The notes under the pieces are model-generated. The model did not search any database and was not told the origin of the DNA. It saw only the letters and a program-made list of their open reading frames with translations. A stretch of 55,931 nucleotides of DNA from a virus (taxonomy: Duplodnaviria > Caudoviricetes): IMG/VR virus record IMGVR_UViG_3300037487_002061, positions 1-55,931 of that record; one strand, written 5' to 3'. Shown here piece by piece: positions 1-9,311 of this stretch. The position numbers and the translations under genes are program-made. Each line of letters begins with the position of its first letter. The first letter of the stretch is position 1.

Positions 1-769
1 CGCTTGTGAGAGATGAGCAACCGCTAAACATACTGCTCATATTTGTAACAGCGGCTGTATTGAATAGAGGTACGCTTGTGAGAGATGTGCAACCGCCAAA
101 CATATTAAATGTATTGGATATACTATTGAGAACATCAAAAGATACATTTTCTAATGAAGCCAAGAGCATAAATAAAGTAGAAAACGAAACAATTTGCCCC
201 ATGTTTACGCCACTAAAACTAACTAAGCTCTTGCAAAAAACAAATGAAGAGATAATATGACCTAATGCGATACTTGTTAAATTTGGACAAGAAAGTATTA
301 TTTCTAATATTGGCGAAGAATCAGGAAAAACAGATCCTGTTAATGCGTATTTTTGATTGAAATTTACACTTGTTATGTCTTGACCTGCTTGTGGAGTAAC
401 TACTACAATTGCCATTTTATAACCATCACTTGTAACAGTAGTATTTAAACCCGCATCTGCGTATGAATATTCGTGTTGAGCTTTTATTCCTGTCGCAACA
501 TGTTCTATATCACCGTCACCCCAATCTACGGTATATGCTCCAGCAACTGTAAATGCCAGAAAATTAGAACCTTGCTCAAAAACAGGCATGAGTATAGCTA
601 TTTTTTGCTCTGAAGATGTTATAGTCGGCATCGTCAACCAATCAGTTGGACGAATCCACATATTTGAAGATGTATTTTTTATACGCGAACTATCAAATCG
701 GTCTTTTTTAAAAAAAGAAGATTTGCGCGAAACTAATGGTGCAACTTTATTTCCATAACGAGCGCTCAT
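1..769 (-). CDS. Partial (runs off window) virion surface protein with PKD-like VDWGDG motif and BspA/DUF285-type leucine-rich repeats
   Basis: Not in the ORF track. ATG at 769 reads MSARYGNKVAPLV...WIRPTDWLTMP...YTVDWGDG...MFGGCTSLTSVPLFNTAAVTNMSSMFSGCSSLTS. 24-aa (72-bp) repeat with copies starting at 1 and 73. Confidence 0.75.
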   Translation of the reverse strand, partial: MSARYGNKVAPLVSRKSSFFKKDRFDSSRIKNTSSNMWIRPTDWLTMPTITSSEQKIAILMPVFEQGSNFLAFTVAGAYTVDWGDGDIEHVATGIKAQHEYSYADAGLNTTVTSDGYKMAIVVVTPQAGQDITSVNFNQKYALTGSVFPDSSPILEIILSCPNLTSIALGHIISSFVFCKSLVSFSGVNMGQIVSFSTLFMLLASLENVSFDVLNSISNTFNMFGGCTSLTSVPLFNTAAVTNMSSMFSGCSSLTS

Positions 770-770
770 A

Positions 771-1136
771 TTAACTTATTCTGTTTACATAACCAAAAAC
801 ATTGACACCGCTTGACACGCTTGAATTTCCATATATTGATAATCCTGTCGTGTCGTTTCCTTTAGCTATTAAAGCAGGACATATTAACACACTGCCAGCA
901 TACGCCTCGATAACTCCTTCAAATAAAATATCAGTTGTGAAATTTGTACCACCATACAATAAATTAAACATTATATCTGATGATGTAGGATTGGTGGCAT
1001 ATAACCAAACTTCATCAATTACACTCGATGAAGTTAGCGTTGTGTGTATAGTTGTTGTGGCACTACCAGATGCAGTAATATTAATTGATTTACCATTTGC
1101 ACTTTGTGATAAGAATTGTTTTGAGTATGTGGCCAT
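771..1136 (-). CDS. Hypothetical virion structural protein
   Basis: 121-aa Ser/Thr-rich beta-type ORF (DEVWLYATN, VFGYVNRI) in a co-directional structural cluster. Confidence 0.6.
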   Translation of the reverse strand: MATYSKQFLSQSANGKSINITASGSATTTIHTTLTSSSVIDEVWLYATNPTSSDIMFNLLYGGTNFTTDILFEGVIEAYAGSVLICPALIAKGNDTTGLSIYGNSSVSSGVNVFGYVNRIS

Positions 1137-1145
1137 AAATTTATT

Positions 1146-1337
1146 TTATAAAAAGATTGAATGACATATAATATTGTTTGAATTGTCTGCGGCATATCCT
1201 GAAAGGTCTTGGACATTAGTATCTGTTAAAACATTTATATTGTTTGCATCTTGAGTGATTATATTGATTTGATTATCAATACTATCTGAAATATTAATAA
1301 TATTTTGTCCCGTGCTAGGATTTACAATTATTGACAT
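1146..1337 (-). CDS. Hypothetical protein
   Basis: 63-aa ORF overlapping the upstream stop and filling the operon gap. Confidence 0.5.
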   Translation of the reverse strand: MSIIVNPSTGQNIINISDSIDNQINIITQDANNINVLTDTNVQDLSGYAADNSNNIICHSIFL

Positions 1338-1675
1338 GAAATATTTTGCGTCGAAGCTTCATCAGCCGTTATTATCCCCTTAACTAATCTTTCTGTTGTC
1401 CCACTTGTATTTAAAACTACGTCATAATAACACTCTCCAAAAGGCAAAATACTTGTTCCTTGTTCATTTAAACTAAGAATAATTCCACTAGGAAGTACTT
1501 CCGTAACTAAAAATCCAGTTATTGGAGGAAGCCCATAAAATTCAACAATCTCTGATTTAACGCAAACATCAGCATCCGTTAAATTAATATAACTTCCATT
1601 TTGCCTTTGGAGAGTCATAGAAATTGAAAAATCTACTCCTTTTTCAATAGTAAAATTATATTGTGCTGCTGACAT
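1328..1675 (-). CDS. Tail-associated Ig-like/adaptor protein
   Basis: MSAAQYNFTIEKG...YYDVVL...ERLVKG resembles common phage tail-fibre adaptor proteins. Preceded by GTGTAA-N9. Confidence 0.55.
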   Translation of the reverse strand: MSAAQYNFTIEKGVDFSISMTLQRQNGSYINLTDADVCVKSEIVEFYGLPPITGFLVTEVLPSGIILSLNEQGTSILPFGECYYDVVLNTSGTTERLVKGIITADEASTQNISCQ

Positions 1676-1698
1676 TTTTAATCTTTACACTTTTTTTC

Positions 1699-2319
1699 TT
1701 ATATTGAGTAAAACCATTTATTGCTATCTTCAGTAACCCATTTTTCATGAGATTCGCAATTCCAAACTTTTGAATTTCCTTTATAATCGGGTTTTTCTGG
1801 AAATTGTTTTGTTATAAAGTTTGGTTCTTTCCATTTTAAACGATTGTTTGGTTGCAAAACAAAGCATCCATTATTTAATTTAATAAAATGAGAAGATCTA
1901 TGCTCAAATGGATCTGTCGCCAAAGTAAAATCAATGCCATGAGTATTGTCGCTTCCCCATTGAAAAGTCCATAAATATTCTCCGCTTTCCCATTTTCCAT
2001 TTTTAAATTTTACGTCTACTTTTAATCCATTTAAATAATTAATACATATTACTGAAAAATTTGCAGAGGAACAATTCCATAATTGTAAATAATGAAATGG
2101 AATATTTGGAGCTTTTTGATTTAAAACAAAAGAGTGAATTGGAAGTTTATCTCTTAAAACCCCGTTTTCCATTAAAATTTGGAAAAGCATTGCGGAACCA
2201 GCAACAGATCTTGCGCTAACTAAAACTCCTTTTTCAAATTCGCCAAATCCTTTTTCCAAATCATAAAGAAATTCTTTTTTGATCCAAACTTTTAATGGAG
2301 GGATACTGGCCTCATGCAT
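1699..2319 (-). CDS. Conserved phage hypothetical protein
   Basis: 206-aa ORF (IPP..VWIKKEFLYD, LQLWNC, QPNNRL.W). Preceded by GTGTAA-N8. Confidence 0.65.
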   Translation of the reverse strand: MHEASIPPLKVWIKKEFLYDLEKGFGEFEKGVLVSARSVAGSAMLFQILMENGVLRDKLPIHSFVLNQKAPNIPFHYLQLWNCSSANFSVICINYLNGLKVDVKFKNGKWESGEYLWTFQWGSDNTHGIDFTLATDPFEHRSSHFIKLNNGCFVLQPNNRLKWKEPNFITKQFPEKPDYKGNSKVWNCESHEKWVTEDSNKWFYSI

Positions 2320-2333
2320 AATAAAAATTACAC

Positions 2334-2361
2334 AAAAAACCCCCTTGTTCCCAAGGGGGTT
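2334..2361 (-). terminator. Rho-independent terminator
   Basis: AACCCCCTTG-ttcc-CAAGGGGGTT stem with an A-run on its left (U-tract on the minus strand), just downstream of the holin-like gene. Confidence 0.85.
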
Positions 2362-2377
2362 AAATTAAAATGGCATA

Positions 2378-2584
2378 TTACTTGCCAGTTTGCTTTGCCT
2401 TGCCAATGTTTAAAGCAAGAATATCTATGATTTTATAAGCTTTCGCTAAAGCCGTCCCAGATTTTGGAGTTGGGGTAACGGCAGCAATTGCTGACGCGCT
2501 TGAAATAATTGCTCCTATAAGTGCAAACCAAGGGTATTGGTTAACTAACCCGATTGCTGTTTGAATTACGAATGTTTTATCCAT
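2378..2584 (-). CDS. Small membrane protein, putative holin
   Basis: 68 aa with a hydrophobic helix (WFALIGAIISSASAIAAVTPTP) and a basic C-terminus. Confidence 0.55.
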   Translation of the reverse strand: MDKTFVIQTAIGLVNQYPWFALIGAIISSASAIAAVTPTPKSGTALAKAYKIIDILALNIGKAKQTGK

Positions 2585-2592
2585 GTCGGATA

Positions 2593-2778
2593 TTACACAT
2601 TTTTTTTGAAAAGATCATTTTTTTTAACTAAGGCTTCATATGCGCCAAGTTTAATGATGTTTTCTCTTTCTTTCATTGCTTTGTCTAAATTATTTAAGTT
2701 TTCCTTAATAAATAGTAATTGACCGTTCTTTTCCAAACGATATTCAATGTAATATTCGCTATAAAATTTAGACTTCAT
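2593..2778 (-). CDS. Hypothetical protein
   Basis: 61-aa ORF in operon context. Confidence 0.5.
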   Translation of the reverse strand: MKSKFYSEYYIEYRLEKNGQLLFIKENLNNLDKAMKERENIIKLGAYEALVKKNDLFKKNV

Positions 2779-2785
2779 AAGTCAA

Positions 2786-3595
2786 TTATATCCAATCTTT
2801 AACGGTTTTCCATTTATAATCACCTATATCTTTATTTAATTTTGTTAAATCGGCGCGAGTAAACTCTTGATATTGGTTTTTTAATTCTTCTGGAAAATCT
2901 ATTTCAGTAATTTTGCAATTAGTTTTCTTCTGGATAATTTGAGCAACGTCTAAAAATGAAATCGGTCTCCCAGTACCTATGTTCCAAACCCCAGTTAAAT
3001 CTGGGCGTTTTAAAAATTTTAGATGCATTTCACAAATATCTTCGACACAAACAAAATCTCGTAAATATTTTTGGCTATTTTTAAATACTTTGATTTCTTT
3101 GTTTTGATCGGCTTGTTTAGTAAATTTATGTATTGGGCTAGATTGATTTCCTTTTTCGTCTTCTCCATTGCCATAAACATTAAAGTATCTAAAACCCTGA
3201 TATTGTTTCGCGCCCAAAGACAAGAAGCAATCGAACATGTATTTGCTAAACGCATAAGGACTAACTGGTTTGCAGAATTCATCTTCAATAAAATTTGAAT
3301 CTAATCCATAAACAGATGCACTACTTGCATATTGAAATTTTACATCGTGTTTGACACATTGCTCATAAAGTTTAGCGGAGAATTCAAAATTCTCTTTTAA
3401 AATTTTATTTATATTCCTCTCTGTCGTGCTTGAGTTTGCGCCTAAATGAATAATCCAATCATAGTTATAAACTGCTGGGAAATGATTTGGGTTTGTTGCT
3501 AAATCATAACCATCAACTAGATAACCTTTCTTGGAGAGAAAGGAAAATAAATTTTTTCCTATGAAACCAAGATGCCCTGTAATTAAAATTTTAAT
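2786..3595 (-). CDS. NAD-dependent epimerase, ADP-glyceromanno-heptose 6-epimerase (HldD/RfaD)-like; apparent ATT start
   Basis: The frame is open upstream of the tracked ORF: (I)KILITGHLGFIG, HLGANSSTTE, YASSASVYG, YAFSK (YxxxK), FRYFNVYG, YQEFTRAD. Confidence 0.8.
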   Translation of the reverse strand: MKILITGHLGFIGKNLFSFLSKKGYLVDGYDLATNPNHFPAVYNYDWIIHLGANSSTTERNINKILKENFEFSAKLYEQCVKHDVKFQYASSASVYGLDSNFIEDEFCKPVSPYAFSKYMFDCFLSLGAKQYQGFRYFNVYGNGEDEKGNQSSPIHKFTKQADQNKEIKVFKNSQKYLRDFVCVEDICEMHLKFLKRPDLTGVWNIGTGRPISFLDVAQIIQKKTNCKITEIDFPEELKNQYQEFTRADLTKLNKDIGDYKWKTVKDWI

Positions 3596-3625
3596 CTTAG
3601 AAAGAAGTTTTTTGTTTAAAAAAAA

Positions 3626-3808
3626 TTAAGGTTCGAATAATTCATTATGAATCTTCTCCTTTTCTTCTTCACTCATATTTTCGAAGATCTTTTCGGACTC
3701 TGCCTCTGCAATTTTCGCAATAATATTAATTGCTTCTGCGAGAGTGACTGATAATCCAAGTCTTTCGGCAATTTCCTTCTTGATTTTTTGTTGTGCTTCT
3801 TCGGTCAT
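3626..3808 (-). CDS. Hypothetical protein
   Basis: 60-aa helical acidic ORF with ATGA overlap to the upstream gene. Confidence 0.6.
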   Translation of the reverse strand: MTEEAQQKIKKEIAERLGLSVTLAEAINIIAKIAEAESEKIFENMSEEEKEKIHNELFEP

Positions 3809-4020
3809 TGGCTGTTGCTTTCGTTACCTTCGTTACTTTCGTAAATTCTAAGATCTGGTTGATTTGATGATTTATCCTTCTTATCGTTCACAAAGATAAC
3901 GATTTTCTTCTTTTGACCAGAAGCTTTATCAAGGATCTCTCCAGAGTAGAAGGATTGTTTGCTTCCATTGACCCGCCATAATGCGCCGACTTCCCGTTCT
4001 TTCCAATTGTTATTTTGCAT
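3805..4020 (-). CDS. DUF736-like small ssDNA-binding protein
   Basis: EVGALW...FYSG...IFVN...NQPDLRIY pattern. Confidence 0.55.
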   Translation of the reverse strand: MQNNNWKEREVGALWRVNGSKQSFYSGEILDKASGQKKKIVIFVNDKKDKSSNQPDLRIYESNEGNESNSQ

Positions 4021-4183
4021 TGAATTGTAATTTTAGATTGCTCACGAAATTTAACTTATCTTCGTGAGATAACTTACTATAAGCCTTCTTCAATCTTTTG
4101 TAAAGTCTTTTTTGAATGGGATTTGCTATTTTCAAATCTAAATTAATTGCTTCTTTAATTTCTTTTGCTTTTGTCGATCTCAT
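4010..4183 (-). CDS. Small basic hypothetical protein
   Basis: Likely start MRSTKAKEIK at 4183. The longer tracked start crosses the divergent promoter region. Confidence 0.55.
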   Translation of the reverse strand: MRSTKAKEIKEAINLDLKIANPIQKRLYKRLKKAYSKLSHEDKLNFVSNLKLQFNAK

Positions 4184-4238
4184 ACAAATATAATGAATTA
4201 AATTTGTCAAAATTCTATAAATAATTTTAATAATTTGT

Positions 4239-4266
4239 TTGACTTTAAAGAAATTAATGTTAATAT
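4239..4266 (+). promoter_or_regulatory. sigma70-type promoter
   Basis: TTGACT-N16-TAATAT with an extended TG; ATG at 4274 lies 7 nt downstream. Confidence 0.65.
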
Positions 4267-4273
4267 ATGGCAC

Positions 4274-4483
4274 ATGAAGAAACTAAATAAAAACCAAATT
4301 GGCGCACTAAATGCGATTCGTAATTCAAAGGGTCGTTTTTTTGGCCTTTACACTACTCAAGGGTCTGTAATTAACGCTCAGTTCCTTGGGGAAACAGACG
4401 AATATATTCGCATTTTTGATAGAAATCAACGTATTGATCGTAAGCTTGCAAAGTCGAGTGTTGATCGCGTTACTATTCGATAA
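4274..4483 (+). CDS. Small hypothetical protein, monocistronic and on the opposite strand to its neighbours
   Basis: MKKLNKNQ...SKGRFFGLYT...; flanked by its own promoter and terminator. Confidence 0.7.
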   Translation: MKKLNKNQIGALNAIRNSKGRFFGLYTTQGSVINAQFLGETDEYIRIFDRNQRIDRKLAKSSVDRVTIR

Positions 4484-4497
4484 TAATTAAGCCAATG

Positions 4498-4533
4498 AAA
4501 AAGGGTCAATCCAAATGGATTGACCCTTTTTTT
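4498..4533. terminator. Bidirectional Rho-independent terminator
   Basis: A5-GGGTCAATCC-aaat-GGATTGACCC-T7 between convergent genes. Confidence 0.9.
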
Positions 4534-4542
4534 ATGTAAAAA

Positions 4543-6873
4543 TCAAGACAACTCAATTTTGGTTTTTTGAGTTGCGACACCATTAGATATTTGAGAAATA
4601 ATTTTTAGTTCGATTGTATTATTGAGATCTTCAATAGCATTGACTTCAAAACAATTTTTATCAACAAATTCTTTTATGAATTTAAAATCAAACTTTAAAT
4701 TAATATCATTAATTTTTAGGTTCACTTGAATTTTTCTCAGCCTATTGAAAAGAATTCTTCTTAAATCTTTTTTATTTAATTGATCAAAGATAATCTTTTC
4801 CGTAACAAGGTCAAGAACTTGTTTCTCTATAATAGGAAGTGGATCAGAATTATCTGATAGATTGAACCCCATTGCTTTAGTTGATTGAATATTGCAAGTA
4901 ATGATAATTTTGCAATTAGAGAAATCCGCGATATCTCCATTATTCATTTGGAGTCTTCCCTCTTTAAGAATTTGTGAAAATAATCCGAAACAAGATGGAT
5001 CGACTTTTTCGAAATCATCAATTAAAATAATGCTATTGGGGTGAATGCAAATTTTCTCAGCAAGCGAAGTGTTTCTGTTTAAATCTGAAATAATTTTATA
5101 GGGAGCAAAGCGATCAGAAAATTCAACGCCATTGTAACTGATTGTATTGCATCCAGTTTTTTGCAGTTCTTCTTTAAGGAGTTTGCAAAATAATGTCTTG
5201 CCTGATGATTTCTTTCCGTAAAAAAGAAAGCAATCTGGTCTATAAAAACTATTTTTTTCCGCTAATCCTAAATTAGCTATATTTAAAGCAGAGAAGAATT
5301 TATTCAGTGATATGTTTTGACCTACGAAAGATTTCTTCAGTGAATGAAATATTTTTAAATTAATTTCTGTTTTATTCATTGGATTTTTTTTCTTTTCAAA
5401 AAAATCTTTTAAGTGACTCAATTTAACATGCGCCTCTGTTTTCATTATCTTTTCCTCCCAGTCTTGCAGTTTAGCATTGACCTCATCAATTAGAGATTTA
5501 TCTGCTTTCCCAGTTTGATCAATAGAATCAAAAATTTCTCTTTGTTTTAATTTAATGGAATCATCAACCTCCCAAAAATTAACCTTTGCTTGAGCGCCAC
5601 AATGATCAATAACGTCAATTGCTTTATCTGGATAAAATTTATTTGGAGTGAATCTTTCGCAATAATCAATAATATTATTGATGAATTCGTCTTGATATTT
5701 TACTCCGTGAAACTCTTCGTAATAATTTACGATTTGAGGGAGGATCTCTTTCATTTGAAATGAAGACGGTTCTTTGACAATGACTTTTTCAAAGCGACGA
5801 TCTAAAGCAGAGTCTTTCTTGATCGTGTTCGTGTATTCAATAATTGTGCTTGCTCCGATACAACTAATTGTTCCGCGAGCTAATTCTGGTTTAAGAATAT
5901 TCGAAGCTTCAAGTGAGTGATTTTGTCCTCCACCCGCCCCCACTAAAGTATGAATTTCATCAATAAATAAAATAAGGTTGCTATACTTCTTTGCTTCTTC
6001 AACAAAGTCTTGAAGGCGTTTCTCAAATTGTCCGCGATATTCAGTCCCAGCAACCATGCTTGCTAAATTAACAGAGTAAATAACTTTATTAGATAAAAGC
6101 TCTGGAGCTTCTCCTTTGACAATTTTAATGGCGAGTCCTTCTACTAAAGAAGTCTTCCCTGTTCCTGCTGGGCCAACCAAAATTGCGTTTGGTTTCTTCT
6201 TTCTGCAAAGAATTGTTGTTAATTCATCAATTTTATTATCGAAATCAACAATCTTGTCGAATTTACCTTGCGCGGCTTTTAAGTTTAAGTTCTCAGCAAA
6301 TTTCGAAAGAATCGGATTTTCAGAAAACATATCAATCCAATCTTCTTCCTCTGCTGCTTCTTCGTTTAAATTTTCATTTTCTTCAAACAAGAATGCCTCT
6401 GCACCTTTGCAGAATACCAAGGCTTGGGATATGATATTTGATACATCGTCGTTAATTAAAATTTCTTCATATTTTTTAAGTCCAACATACTTTTCGATAC
6501 AAGATGGTATTAATTTATCGGAAAAAAATGAAATCAATATTACTTCTGGGGAAATGTAATCCATTTCTAATGGATTATTGCAAAGACTTTCTGCAATAAA
6601 AAATATTTTCTTTACTTCTGGAAGCAGGTGATCAGACTGAATTTTGCATTTTCTCTTTTTAATTTGATTTAACGAAAGATCAAAGAGTATCTGTAAATCA
6701 ATATTGGTTTTTTTAAAAATATTTGAACAGGAGAAATCCAAATCTGACATAAAAGCATGAAAGAATAAGTCTACGTCTATACCATTTTTATGGTGTTCAA
6801 TTGATAATACCTGTGCTTTTTTAATTATTCCCTGCAAGTGAGGGGAGATTGGTAGTTTAGTCATTTTTTGCAT
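4543..6873 (-). CDS. ClpA/ClpC-type AAA+ ATPase with degenerate second NBD
   Basis: NBD1: GPAGTGKT, AGTEYRGQFE, LFIDEIH, LKPELARG, DSALDRRF, PDKAID. NBD2: GKKSSGKT, ILIDDFEK. MGF loop present. Confidence 0.9.
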   Translation of the reverse strand: MQKMTKLPISPHLQGIIKKAQVLSIEHHKNGIDVDLFFHAFMSDLDFSCSNIFKKTNIDLQILFDLSLNQIKKRKCKIQSDHLLPEVKKIFFIAESLCNNPLEMDYISPEVILISFFSDKLIPSCIEKYVGLKKYEEILINDDVSNIISQALVFCKGAEAFLFEENENLNEEAAEEEDWIDMFSENPILSKFAENLNLKAAQGKFDKIVDFDNKIDELTTILCRKKKPNAILVGPAGTGKTSLVEGLAIKIVKGEAPELLSNKVIYSVNLASMVAGTEYRGQFEKRLQDFVEEAKKYSNLILFIDEIHTLVGAGGGQNHSLEASNILKPELARGTISCIGASTIIEYTNTIKKDSALDRRFEKVIVKEPSSFQMKEILPQIVNYYEEFHGVKYQDEFINNIIDYCERFTPNKFYPDKAIDVIDHCGAQAKVNFWEVDDSIKLKQREIFDSIDQTGKADKSLIDEVNAKLQDWEEKIMKTEAHVKLSHLKDFFEKKKNPMNKTEINLKIFHSLKKSFVGQNISLNKFFSALNIANLGLAEKNSFYRPDCFLFYGKKSSGKTLFCKLLKEELQKTGCNTISYNGVEFSDRFAPYKIISDLNRNTSLAEKICIHPNSIILIDDFEKVDPSCFGLFSQILKEGRLQMNNGDIADFSNCKIIITCNIQSTKAMGFNLSDNSDPLPIIEKQVLDLVTEKIIFDQLNKKDLRRILFNRLRKIQVNLKINDINLKFDFKFIKEFVDKNCFEVNAIEDLNNTIELKIISQISNGVATQKTKIELS

Positions 6874-9199
6874 CTCTTAGTTTCATGTAAATTTTGCTAT
6901 CGACAACTTTAATTGTATCTACAAATAAAGTATCAGAGCTTTTGGTTCCAGACAAGACTAAAATATCTTGTTTTTGTATTTTATTCTTTTGTAAGAAATT
7001 TGTTAGCTTCTCTTCTCTCCTATTATCCATAAATAAGAATTTTTGAGATGCTTGATTATCTGAAAGCATAATCATCATATACTTGTTTCCATTAGAGCTT
7101 GTGCGAGTAAAATGATCATTTACCTGACCAACAACTTTAAACTCTTGCCTATCGTGGAATTCTTCAATTTCTTTAATACCATTTAAAGATCCAAACTCAT
7201 CTTGAAAACATTCTTTTAATTCGTGCGAATAACTATATCCCAACAAACTATTTTCATACCACCATTTAGAAAATTTATTATGTTTTTTATTGTGAGAATA
7301 AATGTCTTTGTATTTTGAGAAGTTTCTTTTGAAAGTCTCAAATCTTTTCTCTGATATTACTTGCTTATTATCATCTGCAAGAATTTTCTTTCCAACCACT
7401 TCTGCAATTGAATTAAGAATGTCAAATCCAAAGCGTTCTCCAATTTTAACAAAGTTTCGTTTTTCTCTATCGGTAAGAAGATTAAAAGCTTGGGCTTCTA
7501 AAACAAGTCTGCTTCTGTCTGAAGTGGTGTCTGCCATAGTTCCAGCTTGAATGAGTGCAGCTAAAACAGAGATGCTGATACCTGCATTCTTTGCCGCGAC
7601 AAATACTTCGTATTTATTATTGAATGATTTACCTCTGAAATCAATCAAAGCCTCTAATGCTTTGGTAGAGATTCCCTTGATGCTATTTAATCCATAACGA
7701 ATATCAGAACCCTCAATGGTAAAATTCATACTTGAATGCTCAAGTGAGGGAGGAAGCAATTTGATTCCAAAATCAACTAACTCTTTGCTGATTCCAGAAA
7801 TATTCTCTAATGGATCTGGTTCAAATTCAGCAGACTCAAGCAATGCAATGAAGAACTGCTGCGGATACTTATATTTTAGGTACACTGTTTTCGCCGCCAA
7901 GGTCGCGTAAGCAAAGCTGTGGGACTTGTTGAAGGAATAATCTGCGGAGGCTTGTAGCGCATTCCAATAGAAGTCGCTGATCTTCTCTTCGATGCCTTGT
8001 TTTTCTCCTGCCTCATAGATCTTGTTTTTCCAAGCTGGCATCTCATCAGCCTTTTTCTTGCCCACAATTCTTCTGAGAGTCTCCGCTTCTTCAAGAGACA
8101 ATCCAAAAACCTTGTTGGCGATTTGCATTAACTGCTCTTGATAAAGAATAACGTTCTTCGACCAAGAAAGAATTTCATCTAATTCTTTATGCAGATTTAA
8201 ATGTGTTGGTGCGTTTTTTTGATCCTTATAAACAGAAACAAATTGAAGCGCTCCTGGCCTCGCTAATGCAATAACATCAGATAATTCATCTAATGTCTCT
8301 GGTTTGATGTCTTGGCAGACCTTAAAGTTTGTTTCGGCTGAGATTTGGAATAATCCCATAGGGTGTTTAAAGTTCTGTAATCTATCATAGATGAATGGAT
8401 CATTGGCATCGATGTCGTCAATATTGATGTTTACTTTCCCACAAGTCTTATGAGCAACAGTAAGAGTTCTAAGACCAAGAATATCAAACTTGACCATTAG
8501 ATCGCTGACATCATTCATATCGTATCCAGTGATTAAATCACCATCCTTGGTTTTTTGTAATGGAACAACGTTGCCAATTGCTTGAGAACAAATTGCAATT
8601 CCAGATGGATGAACGCCTATATTTTTATTTAAATTTTCTATCTTGCAAGCATTCTCAAATGTTCTTTTGTGTTTCTTGACCCATTGGTCGAACTTTTCAT
8701 TTTCTGTTCTTGAGTCCGTAAGACTAAAGACTTTGCCGTGAATCTTTGGAATCATGTCGCTAACTTCATTGGCCTCATCTTCTTTAGCTTCGTCAAAATA
8801 TTTAGTTGCCTCACGAATACAAAGTTTAGAACTGAATGTATTGAATGTAAGAATCTTTGCGGTTCTTCCTAAATGCTTCTGCTCGATGTATTCAATAACT
8901 CTTTGGCGCTGATCATATGAAATATCAGAGTCAACATCAGGAAGTAAACTTCCAACTAGATACTCTTTACCCGCTTTATCATAAACTTTTTGAGCGCGAG
9001 ATTTAGAAACGAATCTCTCAAAGAAAAGATTATGCGGAATAGGATCAATGTTTGTGACTCCAAGCAAATAAAGAATTAAACTTCCAGCGGCGGAATTATG
9101 AACCGCAGCTCCATTTATATTATATGATCTAGAATTTGCGACTGATAAGTCGTAAACCTTGCCTTTAAATTGCTTGAATTGCTTTGATTGAATTTTCAT
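6857..9199 (-). CDS. dnaE: DNA polymerase III alpha, C-terminal part, preceded by a 35-aa C-intein
   Basis: VYDLSV...VHN/SAAGSL, then FERF, PDVDSD, GVHPSG, KFDILGL, RPG, YQEQ, SFNKSH and a C-terminal OB fold. Confidence 0.95.
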   Translation of the reverse strand: MKIQSKQFKQFKGKVYDLSVANSRSYNINGAAVHNSAAGSLILYLLGVTNIDPIPHNLFFERFVSKSRAQKVYDKAGKEYLVGSLLPDVDSDISYDQRQRVIEYIEQKHLGRTAKILTFNTFSSKLCIREATKYFDEAKEDEANEVSDMIPKIHGKVFSLTDSRTENEKFDQWVKKHKRTFENACKIENLNKNIGVHPSGIAICSQAIGNVVPLQKTKDGDLITGYDMNDVSDLMVKFDILGLRTLTVAHKTCGKVNINIDDIDANDPFIYDRLQNFKHPMGLFQISAETNFKVCQDIKPETLDELSDVIALARPGALQFVSVYKDQKNAPTHLNLHKELDEILSWSKNVILYQEQLMQIANKVFGLSLEEAETLRRIVGKKKADEMPAWKNKIYEAGEKQGIEEKISDFYWNALQASADYSFNKSHSFAYATLAAKTVYLKYKYPQQFFIALLESAEFEPDPLENISGISKELVDFGIKLLPPSLEHSSMNFTIEGSDIRYGLNSIKGISTKALEALIDFRGKSFNNKYEVFVAAKNAGISISVLAALIQAGTMADTTSDRSRLVLEAQAFNLLTDREKRNFVKIGERFGFDILNSIAEVVGKKILADDNKQVISEKRFETFKRNFSKYKDIYSHNKKHNKFSKWWYENSLLGYSYSHELKECFQDEFGSLNGIKEIEEFHDRQEFKVVGQVNDHFTRTSSNGNKYMMIMLSDNQASQKFLFMDNRREEKLTNFLQKNKIQKQDILVLSGTKSSDTLFVDTIKVVDSKIYMKLRDAKND
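9095..9199 (-). mobile_element. Split intein C-fragment (IntC, 35 aa)
   Basis: MKIQSKQFKQFKGKVYDLSVANSRSYNINGAAVHN followed by Ser+1; blocks F and G; own ATG. Confidence 0.92.
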
Positions 9200-9311
9200 G
9201 AATTGTCTTTGAGACTCTTTCGTTTTTCTTTAGGAAGTCGGAGCGGAAGAATACTCTAAATTTTAAATTATGGCAAGAACAAAATTTCTTAGCCGCTTCG
9301 CTTAAATTTCT
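9165..9311 (-). pseudogene. Start-less remnant resembling the C-terminus of a TnsA/gp4-like endonuclease
   Basis: An alternative frame reads RNLSEAAKKFCSCHNLKFRVFFRSDFLKKNERVSKTIHENSIKAIQAI* across the whole gap between the intein halves. Confidence 0.45.

Noticed and set aside
9200-9304. Stop-codon readthrough or alternative genetic code joining the dnaE halves
   Set aside because: Three in-frame TAA codons, and TAA is the normal stop throughout the window; IntC has its own ATG.
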